DNA of 64,000 bases. Origin: Yuukianura sp. NJ FZ-2021 (Eukaryota). The first letter of the stretch is position 1, and each line of letters opens with the position of its first letter. This document shows, piece after piece, positions 24,801 through 38,200 of this stretch. Position numbers and translations under genes: made by a program. The DNA is taken from assembly GCA_046563655.1 (NCBI GenBank), contig CM102290.1:8680001-8744000 (forward strand), read 5' to 3'. The notes under the pieces were generated by a model. That model was given only the letters and a program-made list of their open reading frames with translations. It was not told the DNA's origin and ran no database searches.

Positions 24801-27800
24801 TGCAAAATGTTTTGCAAGGTTAGAGGATAGAGGAAGTGCATAGTATGTTACATATTTTATATCTATTTGTTTTAGTGTTTTTATTAAGTTGTATTTAGCT
24901 AAAATTCGATTCCAATGTTAGGTAGCATCTGAGTCATGCAGTAGTACAGTGGAAATTGGAGATGAGAATTAAAAACGTCTGACGAAGATCTGCTGTTGTT
25001 GATTGGTTCTTCCTAATCTCTACTGTCAGTTTCACTTGAAAAGGTCATTTATGATTCTTCTTTGTCCGTCCGGACAACTCAAATATTTGTTGAAGGTTGA
25101 GCTAAATGTGATTAAATGTTGCTAAATTAAGCTATTCAGGTTCAATCTACATGACAAAGCAAATGAAACGTGGAACCCTTTCCTTCTCTAAAATGGAATT
25201 AAACCGAAGGTTAAGTGTAACAAAACCTGACATGGCTTTTCGTTATAATGAAAAATTTGATGTAAACGTGTAATATAAGTATCCTTAATACTTTTCTTTA
25301 CTTTGCTACTTTGATGACAACCCTTAAGGATTAACCCATATATTCCTTGAGGAACTTTTTTGGCAATGTTCGATTGGAGCAGTCGATTTGAAAAGTTAGT
25401 TTAGTGCAGTTTGGCGTGTAGATTGGCAATGGACTTCGCTCAAATTTACTCTTCGGCTGATTGGCTTTATTCAAATTTGCCAAATCATGCTATCATTGTT
25501 GTAAGTACTTGCACTTTCTGGTTCCTGCTTAAGATTTTTTTAAATTTTGGAGTTGCAGTAATTGGGATTTCTCGTTTATTGAATTTAGTAAATCAAACAT
25601 GTTATCCTGTAAAAAAGTTTTTCCCAAATGACAGTATTACACAGGAAGGTGACACTGACAGTGTGAGATGAAATTGCCCAAAATTGTTGGTTGTTAAGAA
25701 GTTTTTGAGATTGGGCGTGTCTTGAATGGCCTTCAATTCGTGTCACCATTTTCAATTAATTATTGATCTGGACCGGGGAACACGTTCTTTCTCTTCTCCT
25801 TCTTCCGGAACGACTTGACTCTTTGACCGTGAAAGTTATTGGAGAAAATTGTGTCAAACGAGAGTTCGTGGCTGGAATCAGAAACTTTTGTGGCTTTTTT
25901 GACTTTAGTTAAAGTCCACAATCAGATTAGGGGAATGACTTTTCTCCTTCTAATCGAAGATCTAATAATTCTGCCACTTATTAGAGTTACAGTTGAAGTT
26001 AATTTGATAGGAGATATGGGGGTCTCAAGTTTCTTGGAATATGGGAGATGGTTAACGTGACTTTGACCTCTATTGCAATTACCGTGATATTGAAATAACC
26101 TCGTACAAGCTCTAAAACTAGGAAATTCTGGCAGGACGTAAGCACTGAGTGAATAGAATACTCAAGTGCGTATTCCAACCAATTATAAACTGGATGGATC
26201 CCAATTTGTTGTGATGTTAGAATGGAAGGTGAATTTTGGCAGAAAGTTTATTATTTGCTGAAGAGAAACTTAACATGAGTTTTAAAGTTTACGTAACATG
26301 GATTTACGTCATTCCTTCCAGTAGCCAATGTCTCAATGAAACGGAAAAATACAAAACACGGGAACAAATGTTACTTGACTTAACAAAAACAATTTCCCAT
26401 GGTATTACTGTGTAGAAGCTGTTAGCATATGAAATTAAGACTTAAAGATAGACTTTTAAATTAAAGTATTTTCCAAATATTTATCGACAATTTGTATTTT
26501 TTTTCAGAAAACAGACCAGAGTCTTTTGGCTCAATTTTTTTATGCCGATGAAGATTTGAATGCAGTGACTTCGGAGTTGGACTCATTCGACGGACGGAAG
26601 GATCCGGACCGCTGTACAGCCTTGGTGAACCATTTAAGACAATGTCAAGACAAAGTAAGGACATGGGCGTGCTAAATTGTATTGATATTGTATATGAAAT
26701 ATGAATGGTTTGTAAGTTTTTTCAATTTTGCGAATTTTTTTGTTTGTAGGTGTTGAATATTTGTCAAATGCTAATGGACGAAGTTATTCCAGAGGATCGA
26801 GCTCCTAGAGATTTTCGCGCCAAGTTCCCAGACGATGTTTTACAGGAGAATCTTGCTGGCCAGTTGTGGTTTGGGGCTGAGGTAAGGAAGAATTTGTGTG
26901 TTGAACACTTACATCCGCCGATTCCCGGGATTCATTGCACCGTCACTTGTACACCGATATGCTTATGAACGGTCGCCAAGTGATTGTCCATTAGGATATC
27001 GGCCCACAAGTGACCAGGGAGGAAAACCCCGTATGGAGCTATGGGTGTTTCACCCCGTCCAGGCGCGAAGCGCCTGGACCACCCCCCCACCCCCTTGCCA
27101 ACGTTTTTGGTAAAATTCCTACAAAAACTAGCGCGAAATGGCAGTTTGGTACCTAAAAATCTAAATTTTATTGCGTCTTTGGCTCAAATACATCGATTTT
27201 AAGCCGAAATCCGCCTCCAAACCGCGTTTTTGTTTCGAAAAACTAAAAATTTCATGCGTTTTTGAGGGTGCCAAGTACCCCTCCCCCACCCACCCCCCTG
27301 CAAATCTCGGCGACCACCCCCTCCAAAATTTTTGAGGTTTTCCTCCCTGCAAGTGACCGTGGATTAGTGCCTGGTTTTACGCATCCGACTAGTTGAAAGC
27401 GGAAAAGTTTTCACTTTTTAATACGATTTATTTGTTTCATAGTGCCTTGCTGCTGGATCCAGCATTCTCAACCGGGAACTGGAGTCGACTACGATGAGAC
27501 CATTGGCTAAAGCGTTCACGAAGAGTTTGGAAAACGTCCGAAACCTACTGAGGGAACAGTGCTTCCGAAATCCACCTGAATTCACTGAAAAAATTTGCGA
27601 GTCACTCAAAATCCTGGATCGACTTTTCGCAGAATTCGAGCTTTCTTATGTCTCCGCTATGGTTCCTGTTAAAACCGTTCATGAATATGAAGCACAACAG
27701 GCCATTACAGTTCTCTTTTCAGAAACTTTGCAAAGGTAAAACTACACTCGATGGCATCACACGTCATTAAGGCTTTGGGCGTCGCGTTGTTGCGACAGGC

Positions 27801-30800
27801 TAAACTGAAACGCGATTATAACAACACCCCCTGTTGCAATGCCACTTAATTTTGTGTAGCCTAGTAACAGTATAGAGATGAGCGACATGTGACCGACCAC
27901 TTTCCGTGGCTGTAGCAACGTTGGCTTATGACCATGACGTAGCACTATACTTAACTTTTCTTTTGTTTTTTCATTGTCGAAAAGTGCTAATGATGTTTTC
28001 CATTTGGAAGTCAAAAACGTCCTTCTTCCCTCTTAATGCGTTCCCAAATTCAGAAAACTTTGCATTCGTTCAAATTTTATTTTTCTGGGGAAAAGATCGC
28101 TGTTGTAATGTTTTCTTGGAATACTTCTGCTCCCCCAAGTTTATTCTTTGCAATTGAGATTAGTCTTGAAATTTAGGCTATGTGCAACGGGGTTTTATGT
28201 CACATGACGATGATGCCTCAGTTAGGAGCGTACATAGGCATGGAATTGTCATCAGGAGAGCAATGACTCTTTGATTTTGGTTTTGCTGTGATTATTTGCG
28301 GTAGGGTAAAGAGATTTTTATGACATCGTTGGATGTAACAAGCAAAAGCCCAATCATGACATCTATTCGAGACATAACGCGTGAAACCGAATATGAATTT
28401 AACTATTCAGGGGAAACACGACGCTAAATTGTAAAGTACAGTAGTTATTCCATCCAGAAGGCGTACATGTTTGTCCAAATCCAGCAATTTGTTTGTGAGA
28501 TGTGATGACGTGAATGTCTATTTTTTTAATTCTAATTGGCTTCTGTTTTATTACAGAGCACTCAGCCTTGGCCTTCTATGTCAGGATCAAGTGGACAGTT
28601 GCGATCCTGCGGTGAGTTTAATTCAAACAAGTTTTTGTTAACAATTTTGGTTTCAGAACTACATTTTACTTTGTTTTTTTTTCAGGTTATGTTCACGATT
28701 CCAAGACTGGCCATCGTTGCTGGTCTGCTAATTTTCCCAGACGGTCCTCTTTGCCTAGACCATGGAGAGCTATCAGAAATGTTTCGTCCATTTCGATCAC
28801 TTCTGCTCAAGATTCGGGAATTGCTTTGGACATTGACTCGTCCAGAGCTTTCTGCTTTGGAGCGAGCACTATGCTCGTCGGAAGAACCAGATCCAGACTC
28901 CGCAGAGCTAACTGATAATTTGAGGAAGCACGAAGAGAGTGAGTCTGGACAACACCACCACAGCTACTACCCCACACCAGGAGAATCTAGCGGGGTTTTT
29001 GGAGTTGAGACACGGGGCGACATTCGACATGGGACGCATTCCATTCAAGACTATCTTGACCAGTTCTGCAAGGAATTCCCTCAATGTAGAGAATTCATTT
29101 CTGACATCTGCAACAGCTCAATTGCAAACAGTTCATCTGTGCCAAACAACGAGATGAATGTGTCCCAGTATTCTATGAATTTGAGCCAGTCCAGTGGAGT
29201 TGGAGATGTTTCTCAAAATGCCCGACACCAAATGATCGTGAATGCTGTTACAGTTGTCAATCACGCCAACAATCCAATGAACACGAGTTGTTACATCGAA
29301 GATACGGAAACTGATGGGAGCTGCAGCAGCAACACTTCACTCGAAACACACACAGTCAAAAGCTTTTGTTGCACCGAACAAGAAAAATGTCAAGACTTTG
29401 AATCCCGAGACTGTGTCAGTGAACAGTCAGACGCAACAGTACAACAAAATCAAAATGAGGAACAAAAGAGGAATCCTGGTGAAAACGATGCATTGAAGAC
29501 AAACGTGGGACAACAGGAAACTACTAAACCTTATCAAAGCGACCTGCCTGTCGAGCCATTCGATTACCGAACGACTTGTCTCGATTCGCCAGACGAGGAC
29601 AGTGAAGTGCAAGTTCAAATGTCCCATGCTAGTTCGAGTTCGTCTCATGATTCTGGACTGTGTAGTATGGCAGAGAAAGACACTTTCAAAGACGCTTCTC
29701 CGTCGTCAACCACTCCTAACGAGTAAGTAAACTTAATCGTTAATTACGGAAACTAGGTTTTCTACGACAGAGCAAAAAAAGCTGTAACGTTATTGTTTTC
29801 TTTAGCTTTTCAGGTTGCACGGATCCTGCAGGCGGTTCGGCGCCCTCCTTTGACCGACCAACAATTATTACTTCTCTGGCGTCCCCCTCTGTTGCTCATC
29901 CACCTTACTCTGAGGACTACAACACAGACGACGAAGGATCAACTAGCAAAACGTTTCTTAAGATCCCCGATTCAAACGAAGATCGTCACAGAACGAACCG
30001 CATCTCCGTAAAGTCTCAAGGAGCACCAAGTTGTTCTTCCAGTTGCTGCTGTACTAGCTCTGGAGTTTCACAGGGGTAAGGAACTCATTTTTATTTCATT
30101 TCCTAAGCCAAGGATTTTCAGATTTAATTTTTTCTTATTAGTATACTTTTGATCTTTAGAGAAGAGAGTGCCTGTGACACGTCTTCCTTCGATTCCGAAT
30201 GTCAGGATGACATTGAGATTGCTTTGGCTATGCAGGCTGCAGAAATTGCAACGAAAACCGAAGCGCGCTCACGATTCAAGTACGTTTGTAACTACGCACA
30301 CAAACATGCTAGCATGTTTAAAGCTACTACTCGAGCGGAATTTAACGGTTTGTTTTTAACTCCTATTTTTTTTAGAAACAGTGCTGACCTTATTCATCGC
30401 CTATTTATTTGCATCTCTGGAGTTGCTGATCAGCTTCAAACAAATTACGCAGCGGATCTACGTTCAACTCTGAAATGTGTCTTTGCTATGAATGCTACTC
30501 CTGGAGATGATGAGTGTGATGGCAGTTCTTCAACACAGGACCAAGATACTACACCAGAGCCTTCACTTGATGAAGATATTCATGATTCTGAAGATCACCA
30601 CCACTACCAAGTGGAGTCCAGCCATTCAACGGAAGTCATTTCACCTCCTTCTTGGGTACCTGATGAACTTGCACCTCAATGCATGGCATGCCTTGCAACC
30701 TTTACTGTTGTTCGCCGTCGCCATCACTGTCGAGCGTAAGTATTCCAATTTGAATAATTCTGTTTTGATATGTACGTGTAGATCAGGAACATGACGTTCT

Positions 30801-31011
30801 AATATATGCATGCGCAGATTTTCTAATATTTACTTTCAATTATTTATTTTTTGGTAGATGTGGGAAAGTATTCTGCGGAAAATGCAGTGGGAATTCCGTA
30901 CCACTCCCACGCTATGGCTACGGTATGAAGCCACAACGAGTCTGCAACACTTGTTTTGTGTATCGCGTTACTCCATTTACGCTTCCATCAACTGCAGAGT
31001 CCTTGAATTAA
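15865..31011 (+). CDS. lst2: Lateral signaling target protein 2 homolog (FYVE zinc finger, ZFYVE28)
   Basis: Exons 15865-15900 ([12 protein letters not shown]), 26508-26654, 26750-26881, 27443-27735, 28557-28611, 28686-29722, 29806-30075, 30160-30279, 30376-30735, 30858-31011; 867 aa, all GT-AG and in phase. Conserved Lst2 N-terminal motifs ([36 protein letters not shown]), [23 protein letters not shown], and a C-terminal FYVE domain ([23 protein letters not shown]). Confidence 0.95.
19540..20428. mobile_element. hAT-like non-autonomous element in lst-2 intron 1
   Basis: Perfect 8-bp TSD ATCGTAAC (19532-19539 and 20429-20436), 12-bp TIR TAGGGGTCGCAA, and clustered subterminal ATCCG motifs at both ends. 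Confidence 0.9.
19865..20221. repeat. 11-bp minisatellite AACATACC[G/C]AC, about 32 copies
   Basis: Direct head-to-tail array without spacers. It explains the four overlapping repetitive ORFs at 19749-20304. Confidence 0.97.
23400..23870. mobile_element. Older hAT-like non-autonomous element
   Basis: Left end CAGGGATGTCAAAC, right end GTTTGACATCCCCT. Flanks ATTATGAG / ATTACGAA (6/8 match) are consistent with a decayed 8-bp TSD. Confidence 0.65.
27015..27349. mobile_element. hAT-like MITE in lst-2 intron 3
   Basis: Perfect 14-bp TIR CAGGGAGGAAAACC, perfect 8-bp TSD CAAGTGAC (27007-27014 and 27350-27357), C-rich subterminal tracts and an internal GC hairpin. Confidence 0.92.
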
Positions 31012-32237
31012 TTTAAGAACAAAAAACTCCCTTCAATTGACCAGAACTGCTCCGTTCCAGTTTGATGAAAAAGGAAATCCCATTGGAAATATTCAACACT
31101 TAAGTGAATTCTACTCAAAATCGAAGCCGTGGCTGCCAATTTTCGAATTCAATTATATTCCTGCCTATCTCCATCACGATAAATCAAAACTGTGATTCGC
31201 ATATTGTCAGTGACGAAATCAGAGTTAAGAGATGGACGAATGGATTAAGAAACCTGTGATTAATACTTTTGTTTTTGTTTTGCGTTGAGGTGGATTGCAA
31301 CTGTAACGCTTTTGAGTAGAAGCAAAACGTTTTACAAATCGTTAATTTAAATTCGTCAGACAAACTCCAATCAAATAGTGTCAATTTGTCGGAAAGGTCA
31401 CCGTACTTTTGACTTGTACTAAAACGTACTCCCAATTACGAGAGTGCCTAGTCTCTAAGGATACAACTGCTTAGGAAGTTAGGATCCCTTGATGTTGTTA
31501 TGACTTCCTTACCTTGCTTAAGTCTGTCGTGTATTAAGTATAAGTTAGGGAAACTCTGGTTGTGAATGCTTTCTCTACATTATTAGTGTCAATTGACTGG
31601 ATAACTTAAGTATCAGCCTTAAGCGGAATTTGAAAAATTGTACTTAAATAATGTTCTGCTCATTGGGCTCATTTGAATTGCCAAATTGAGATGCGAAATT
31701 ACATATGTTTTATAACGTTATCATAAACGTTTTGCTTATTATGGCGAATGATGTGTTAGTTCATGGGCTTTGGAAGGCAAATGATTATACTCTTTTGTTT
31801 CTTAATGAAAGTTCATTGAAGAGATTTCCCGTTTTTTTTTAATGGTTTGAGTGATCTTAACTTTTCTTCTTTCTGTTTTTTTTTCTAATTTTGTAACATC
31901 TACTTATCTATCTTGTTCCCGTGTAGAATTCGTCTCTGTCGACTGTTTCCTTTGAATTTAAATTTTCACGTATGAGGGTATTATAGGGAATAGAATAGAC
32001 ACACAAATTGTTTTTTTTTGCGCTAAGTTGTTATAAAATAGTTAAAGTAATACTACAAGTGTCTATCGTTGTGCTAAGATCAGTGAAACATTGGAAGTTC
32101 ACAATTGACGGGATTGAATTTAAGAATTGAGAGTGATACACACAATTCAGTAACTATATTTTTTATTAACCTGCTTTTTGTGATGTTGCGCTGATTCAGC
32201 GTGTTAAGGACTACGGACAACTTTTCAATTCTTATTG

Positions 32238-32243
32238 AATAAA
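32238..32243 (+). terminator. Candidate polyadenylation signal of lst-2
   Basis: AATAAA about 1.2 kb after the stop codon, followed by T/GT-rich sequence near 32285-32300. Confidence 0.4.
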
Positions 32244-35200
32244 TTTACTGCTACACAATTGAATGTTGAATCTGTCCAGTTCCATTTTGTTTTCGTGGTA
32301 TAAACAGTTTACACATTTCGTTCCATTAAAACTTTAAGAACAACATAATTTTTTAGTTAAGGTGTACGACATATAATTGCAGGACAATTAGCTGCGTGCA
32401 TAATATGTGTCATTCTAAAGCATTTCTAAAGTGTTGATACTTTTGAGAACGAGACTTAAAAATGAATTGGAATGAGAGAGCTTCTTGGTAGTAGAGATAC
32501 TTCAAATTGTTTTGGTAAAGAAATGATCATTTCGTTGTCGCCAGTTGGAGATGAAGATAGGTTTCCACTGTATCGTTGGAGAACCACTATTAAGGTCCAT
32601 TAAGGAGAGGACTTAAAGGGCTTTTCAATGGAGAAGTCATTGTTCCAAGCCACATTTAAACCATGGTCCTTTGGTCTCGAGTCATTTTGGTCCTTACAAA
32701 CTAAATCTATTAAGTCCCCCTGTCTAACTCGTAACACTCCGAATGAAACACTCAACCAATTACTTTTATTGGTTCATACTGTCTTCGTACATTAGAAGAG
32801 AGGCCCTTCGAGGACATCGAGGACTTGGGATTTTATGAAATGCTTGAGAAGAGAAAGCCAGATTTGAACCACAAAGTTGCAAAGCAACAGACGTTTTTTG
32901 ATTCATTTTTTCGAAAAGTTTTATTTTTGAAGCTGAGTATAATTTTAAACCTCAGAATTGTACATAAAATTCAAAAACTTGGAAGTATACTCATCCCCCG
33001 CATAAATTAACAATTTGTTCAAACAATCCGTCGGTCTCACTTTTGAAAATCTTGAGAAAGGTTGAGCCGATTAAGCCAAAGGGAAAGCCAAGGTGTAATT
33101 CCGATGCCTAAGTGTTGAGGAAGGAGGTTTTACGCCTTGCCGTAAATTATGATTGCATGTAATATAACTCCTCTCCTAAAAATGTACGGACAGAGGGCGG
33201 GAACTTTCTTGTTTGAATGCGCATGGGTCTAATAATGTTAACCCGTGAATGTTACAGCGTTTTAGTGCTGTCATTACATCTGGGAAATGGGTTAATTTAC
33301 AAGTTAAATAAGTCCATTGTCCTCGTTCTTACACAAATTGTTCCTAGAAATTAGTTTTGAGTCCCAGGAAAAGACTATAGAGAAAGTCCACTTAGAAAAA
33401 GTTCTCAAATTCCTATAATTTCTTACAAGAATTCTAAAACCGTTGTTTAAAAAAGTACTAAAAGTTGTTTAATTTGAGTTTAAGTGGTACAATTTCAAGC
33501 GTGGAAGCCTTATAAGCCATAGCGTGTGGTTGTTTTTAGAAGTGCTGTAAACTATTGATGAGAAATGATCAAGAGGCGGCGGATTGGAGGGGAAACTGCG
33601 GTGTAATAAAAGCCAAGAGAAAGTGTGAGGGAATTTCTTTTTTTCTTATGAAAAACTTAAGTGTCCTTCGAATGGCGGCGCCTAAAACGAAACTTCTGCC
33701 CGGGATTTCTCTTTTTACCAGATTTCCTAAATTTTTCAACAGCTTTCTCTTTCTGCGCCTCCTGGGTGGGTTTGGATGCTGGTGGGGCGGATGCTGGATT
33801 TAGACTTGGCGGGTTGTTTGGAATGGTGGGGAACAACTGGAGAGAGCAGGAGGAAATCAAAGAGTGACGAGGTCAAATTGACAAAAGCAATAGAGGAGAG
33901 TGGCTTCATTATTGATGAGGATCTGCCAACTCCTCAGAAACTATCAGACGATCTCTGTCTTCTTCTTCACCTTACGAAAATGTTAGCAAATGCTGGAAAA
34001 TCATTTCCACATCTTCTGTTCACGTCCAAATAGAGTAGTTTACGTGTGCTTTTGTCCATCTTCGTCAAAATAAATTTGAAACTGGGTAGCAAAAGAGTTT
34101 AAAATTGAGAAACCTTTGAAGCTCCACCCAACCTATCTTTGAATCGAAATTCTTTTTTGTTGAAAAATCTTTGTTGAATTTCGAGTTTTGAGTTTATTGG
34201 TTAGTGAAATCATGCTCAAGCGAGTTTCAGTCTATTCTACGGGAATTTAAACAGGAATAAATCCGTACCAAACTGAAAAAGTTGAAACTAAGCTGTTCGC
34301 TTTTCGAAAATAGTGAAAAAGTAGAAAGTGTTTTGAGTTGGGGCTTTGTTCAACTTGGTTTCTTCATTAAACTTTGAGACTTGAAACAAGCTGAAACTGA
34401 CTTTTTGTGTTTCATCAATTTATGGAGTCTATTCCCTCGCATTGTGAAAGTGGACGTTTGTCTCAACTCCTCAATTTGCTTTCTCCCTTTGGATAGCCAA
34501 GGAGAAAGGGCAGAGTCTTTTCTGGAATTGAAGGGAAAGCACTCTGTCCATTGCCCTATCCTTGGTTCTCCAAAGTAAATTGCCCATCTCAGCCTCATCT
34601 TCCAAAGACGCTTGGTTGGGCTAGGGAGGAAGCGTCCAGGAAAGTAATCGCCGCATAAAATGCTTTCTCTCCTCCTTTGAAAAATGTCTTTGAAACGGAG
34701 AGTGGGGGATAAGGAATGAGGCAGAGATTCACTCCCTATTTTTTATAATTTCACTTACACCACTCCACGTCCTTCCATCCCTAGAGATAGGCTGTAGGCT
34801 CCAACATTCTTCTAAATCAAGACCATACCTCCAATCACAAGTCTCTCCAACACCACCAACCACTGCTTTACAATAAAATCCAACGGCCTATGGCTTAAAA
34901 TTGTTTTCAATTTTTAAAAGAAACACAATTCAAATAAGTTAAAATATGAAAACAAATAAATTATATTCATTAAAAATTAAAATAAGTTGAATACTGACGT
35001 TTTCAAAAGAGAATGGTTTGAATTTGTGTTTTTTTCGCATAGAGAAAAGAGGCCATCAAAACGGTTTCCGTTTTCAAGTTCAAAATTAAACCCAAACTGT
35101 TCAAAACCTAATTTCTAAAATCCTAACGTGAGTAACAAGAACAATAGCTGATTTTAAATACATTTATTCTCGTATAGTAAAAACAGTTTTCCAAGCCTTG

Positions 35201-38200
35201 AGCTTATGATGCTGATTGTGAATGCAGGAGGAACAAGAGATGCTGCGGTGACTGTGGTGTGCTGCGGCTTTCTCCTGATGACGGGTGAGGCCTGTGCTGG
35301 CCTAGTTCTGCCTTGGTTGCCCTCTGCAGCATGTCGTGTAGTAAGGAGTTAATGAATTTGTAATAAAATTTGTGTAATGGAATTAAAAAGCAATTGAGTT
35401 CAATGGAGGATCAATTGGGGAGATGAAGTTGTCTCGGTGGACTTTCTCCCTCTGACACTCCCATTACTCAGGCCGGAGGAGACATTCATAATAACAAGTG
35501 TGCTGGGACTTGGAGATTAAGCCTTTGTGCTTTATTATTATTACGAGCCTTAGAAAGGAGTGAGGAAGGGCGCAGGGTCCCTCCAACTTTCCAGACACAG
35601 GAAAACGGGGGAAAGTGGCTAGGGACTGAGCAGAGGTTGGTGGGAAAGTTCGTGGAAGGACTTGGAGAGGGATGAGGGTAAATCAAGATGAAAATCAAAT
35701 GACAAATTCAGTTGGGACTTCATTTCTCACAGATATAACCTTACTTTCCTTCCTCCTCCAGCAGAACCAAACTTCACGACCATCCTCGTCACACTTAACT
35801 TAATAACAACTGAACCACTCTTCCTAGTTCCAGTCATTAATCTCAAAAATCATCCTCACCAATTACAAACTACTTCATTGAGTCCAAAAGCTTCTGGACT
35901 CAAACCACTTGACAGGAATGCTGTAACAACTTCATTGACAAATTCAAAACGAAAACAAAACTAATCGATTAACGATAGTTGATTTGCAGAACAATCGGCT
36001 GCACCATCAATTCTGTTATGAAAAAACAACAAGCCGTAGCTTTATGAATTTAGTTTTTAGAACAAGAAACTTTTTTAGGGGAATCCTAAATTCTGGTTTG
36101 CTGAAATTTTTTAAATAAAAAATCATTAGTTTTTTTAAAAAAGGAAAAAAGAAAACACTCTAAAAGCATTAACAAACCTACTTGGGCGAACTGGCATAGG
36201 CTGTAATTGAGACATGTAATAGTTTTTTTTAGCTTTTTGTGAATACTGCAAAGCAATATAGGAAATTGGAACAACAGAATACTGGGCGGCGTTCCCTGTC
36301 AGTTGACATCGTAAAGCCATTTAGCCGCCTATTCAAAAAGCAAACGGCCGTTTAGGCCCAAGGGACATCCGTCCATTGTAAGGCCCAGGCCCTTGAAAAA
36401 TTGTACACATACAGTGTCACTGCAGAGCATACGTCGTCGGCACCCAAAGCCTTTTGTTCATTTACTTCTTTTGGAGGGCGGTTGTTGCTAATTCAAAATT
36501 ATTATTTCCGATTATTTTGTAAGCACTTTGACAGAGAGAATAGTTGATTGAATCGAGAATTAGCTAGGGACAACAGCACTCACTTCAAAACAAATTAACT
36601 TCAAATTTCAAAATTCATCAGAATTTGAAAATTCTCGCATCTTGTTTGGTTCAATGCGAGCGTATTTTTATTTCGAGAATATCCTCATTTTTATAAGTAG
36701 TAGTTACAAAACAACTTAAAATTCTAAAAGACGAATAATCTACAAAGTTTCTGAAATTTTTTTAATTAAAAAAAAAATTTTGATTAAAAATCTTGAAACT
36801 CACTAGGAATGTTATTTAAAACTAGTTGAGCGTGTTGAGGGCTCAAAATATTGTGTAACGTTACCAAGCGATGCGTAAATTCCAAAAGTCACGGGGAAAG
36901 TTTGTGTTTTGTATATAAGCTTTGTTGGGATGCTGTGTATCAAAAGACTTCACACTTGATCTGATCTCATTTATCAATTGAGTTAGATCAGGATCTCATA
37001 ACTTTGTTAGGAAAGTGTTATGCTGAACCACAGAGAAAGTCTGAGGGCTCTCTCCCTCGTCCAACAAAGTTTTCACCGAGAACTCTGCTGAGTTTGGGAA
37101 ATGTTAGGCCAAAGTCAGACTGTTTTCGGGAGTGGTTTCTGGAAACTCTGGTTCTTTCCTTGAACCATAACTCATGGGAAGGGTTAAATTAAGTTCAACT
37201 CCAGGAAATATATCATGGCATCCTGTCATGTCCTCATAATCCTAAGTGCATAAGTAATTGACTTTAAAACTAAAACTTCCCTCTTCTGCTCTCCAACTTT
37301 AGTTCAAAATCCAGGACACTCGGAGTTGTAAATGGGAGCAGCAGAACCGAACTTTCAAAATTTCTAGAACCTAGAATCAGTTTCTACAAAGTTTTGTTCA
37401 ACTTGAGCGTAAATTGGAATTCCAAATGTGAATATTTGAATGTTTTGAGGAAAGTTGTGTACTTTGAAAATGACTCTTGAGAGTCAATGCTTCGTGTAAA
37501 ATGGAATCAAACCTTTGCGTGGAAAACGCCTTCATGACTTAGAGTCCTCACATTAAAGTGCATGTAGCAGTCGTTCGTAGGTCTTTAAAAATGCTTTTTG
37601 TTTTATTTTTTCCACTGTTCCCTCTCAATAATAGTAATATCCACCCCACCGTTCCCGAATTTCCGGTGGCCATTACTATTTCAGTGTATTTTTTGTGTCA
37701 ATGTCTACTCTGTCTCCACTTGACACGGTTCGATGAGTTCCGTTTACTTCGACATGCAAGCCCTTCGTTGTACCTAACAAATAATATTTGGGCATTACTT
37801 TCACTACACAACAGTTTTTGAACGTATCAAGCTCAAATTTTGTTCAGAACCGTTGGACTTGGCTACACACTCAAACGACACTTTGACATGTCAGTACTTG
37901 GCATGAACGAAAGTGCTAAATTTGGGGTGTTAATTAGCAAAACGTACTTATTTCCCTAGATGGACAATTGGCACTCATTTCTAAATAGCACACTACACAA
38001 CCTAACGAATCTGCATGAATTTTTTTACACAAATTGTTAGAAATTGTGGAAATTAATGTTGGATATTGCGTCTCTTTGAGATTGACAACGCCCGGTACCT
38101 AATTGCACGCCATTGAAAACTGACTACTTAATAGTCACCAATTGTACTGTTGAAATGAATCATTTAGCAACATTTAATGTTTTTTTCTTACAATGAATTT

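Noticed and set aside
33555..34598. Overlapping short ORFs upstream of Tlx
   Set aside because: No splice-consistent model or known motif; best explained as locally GC-richer non-coding DNA.
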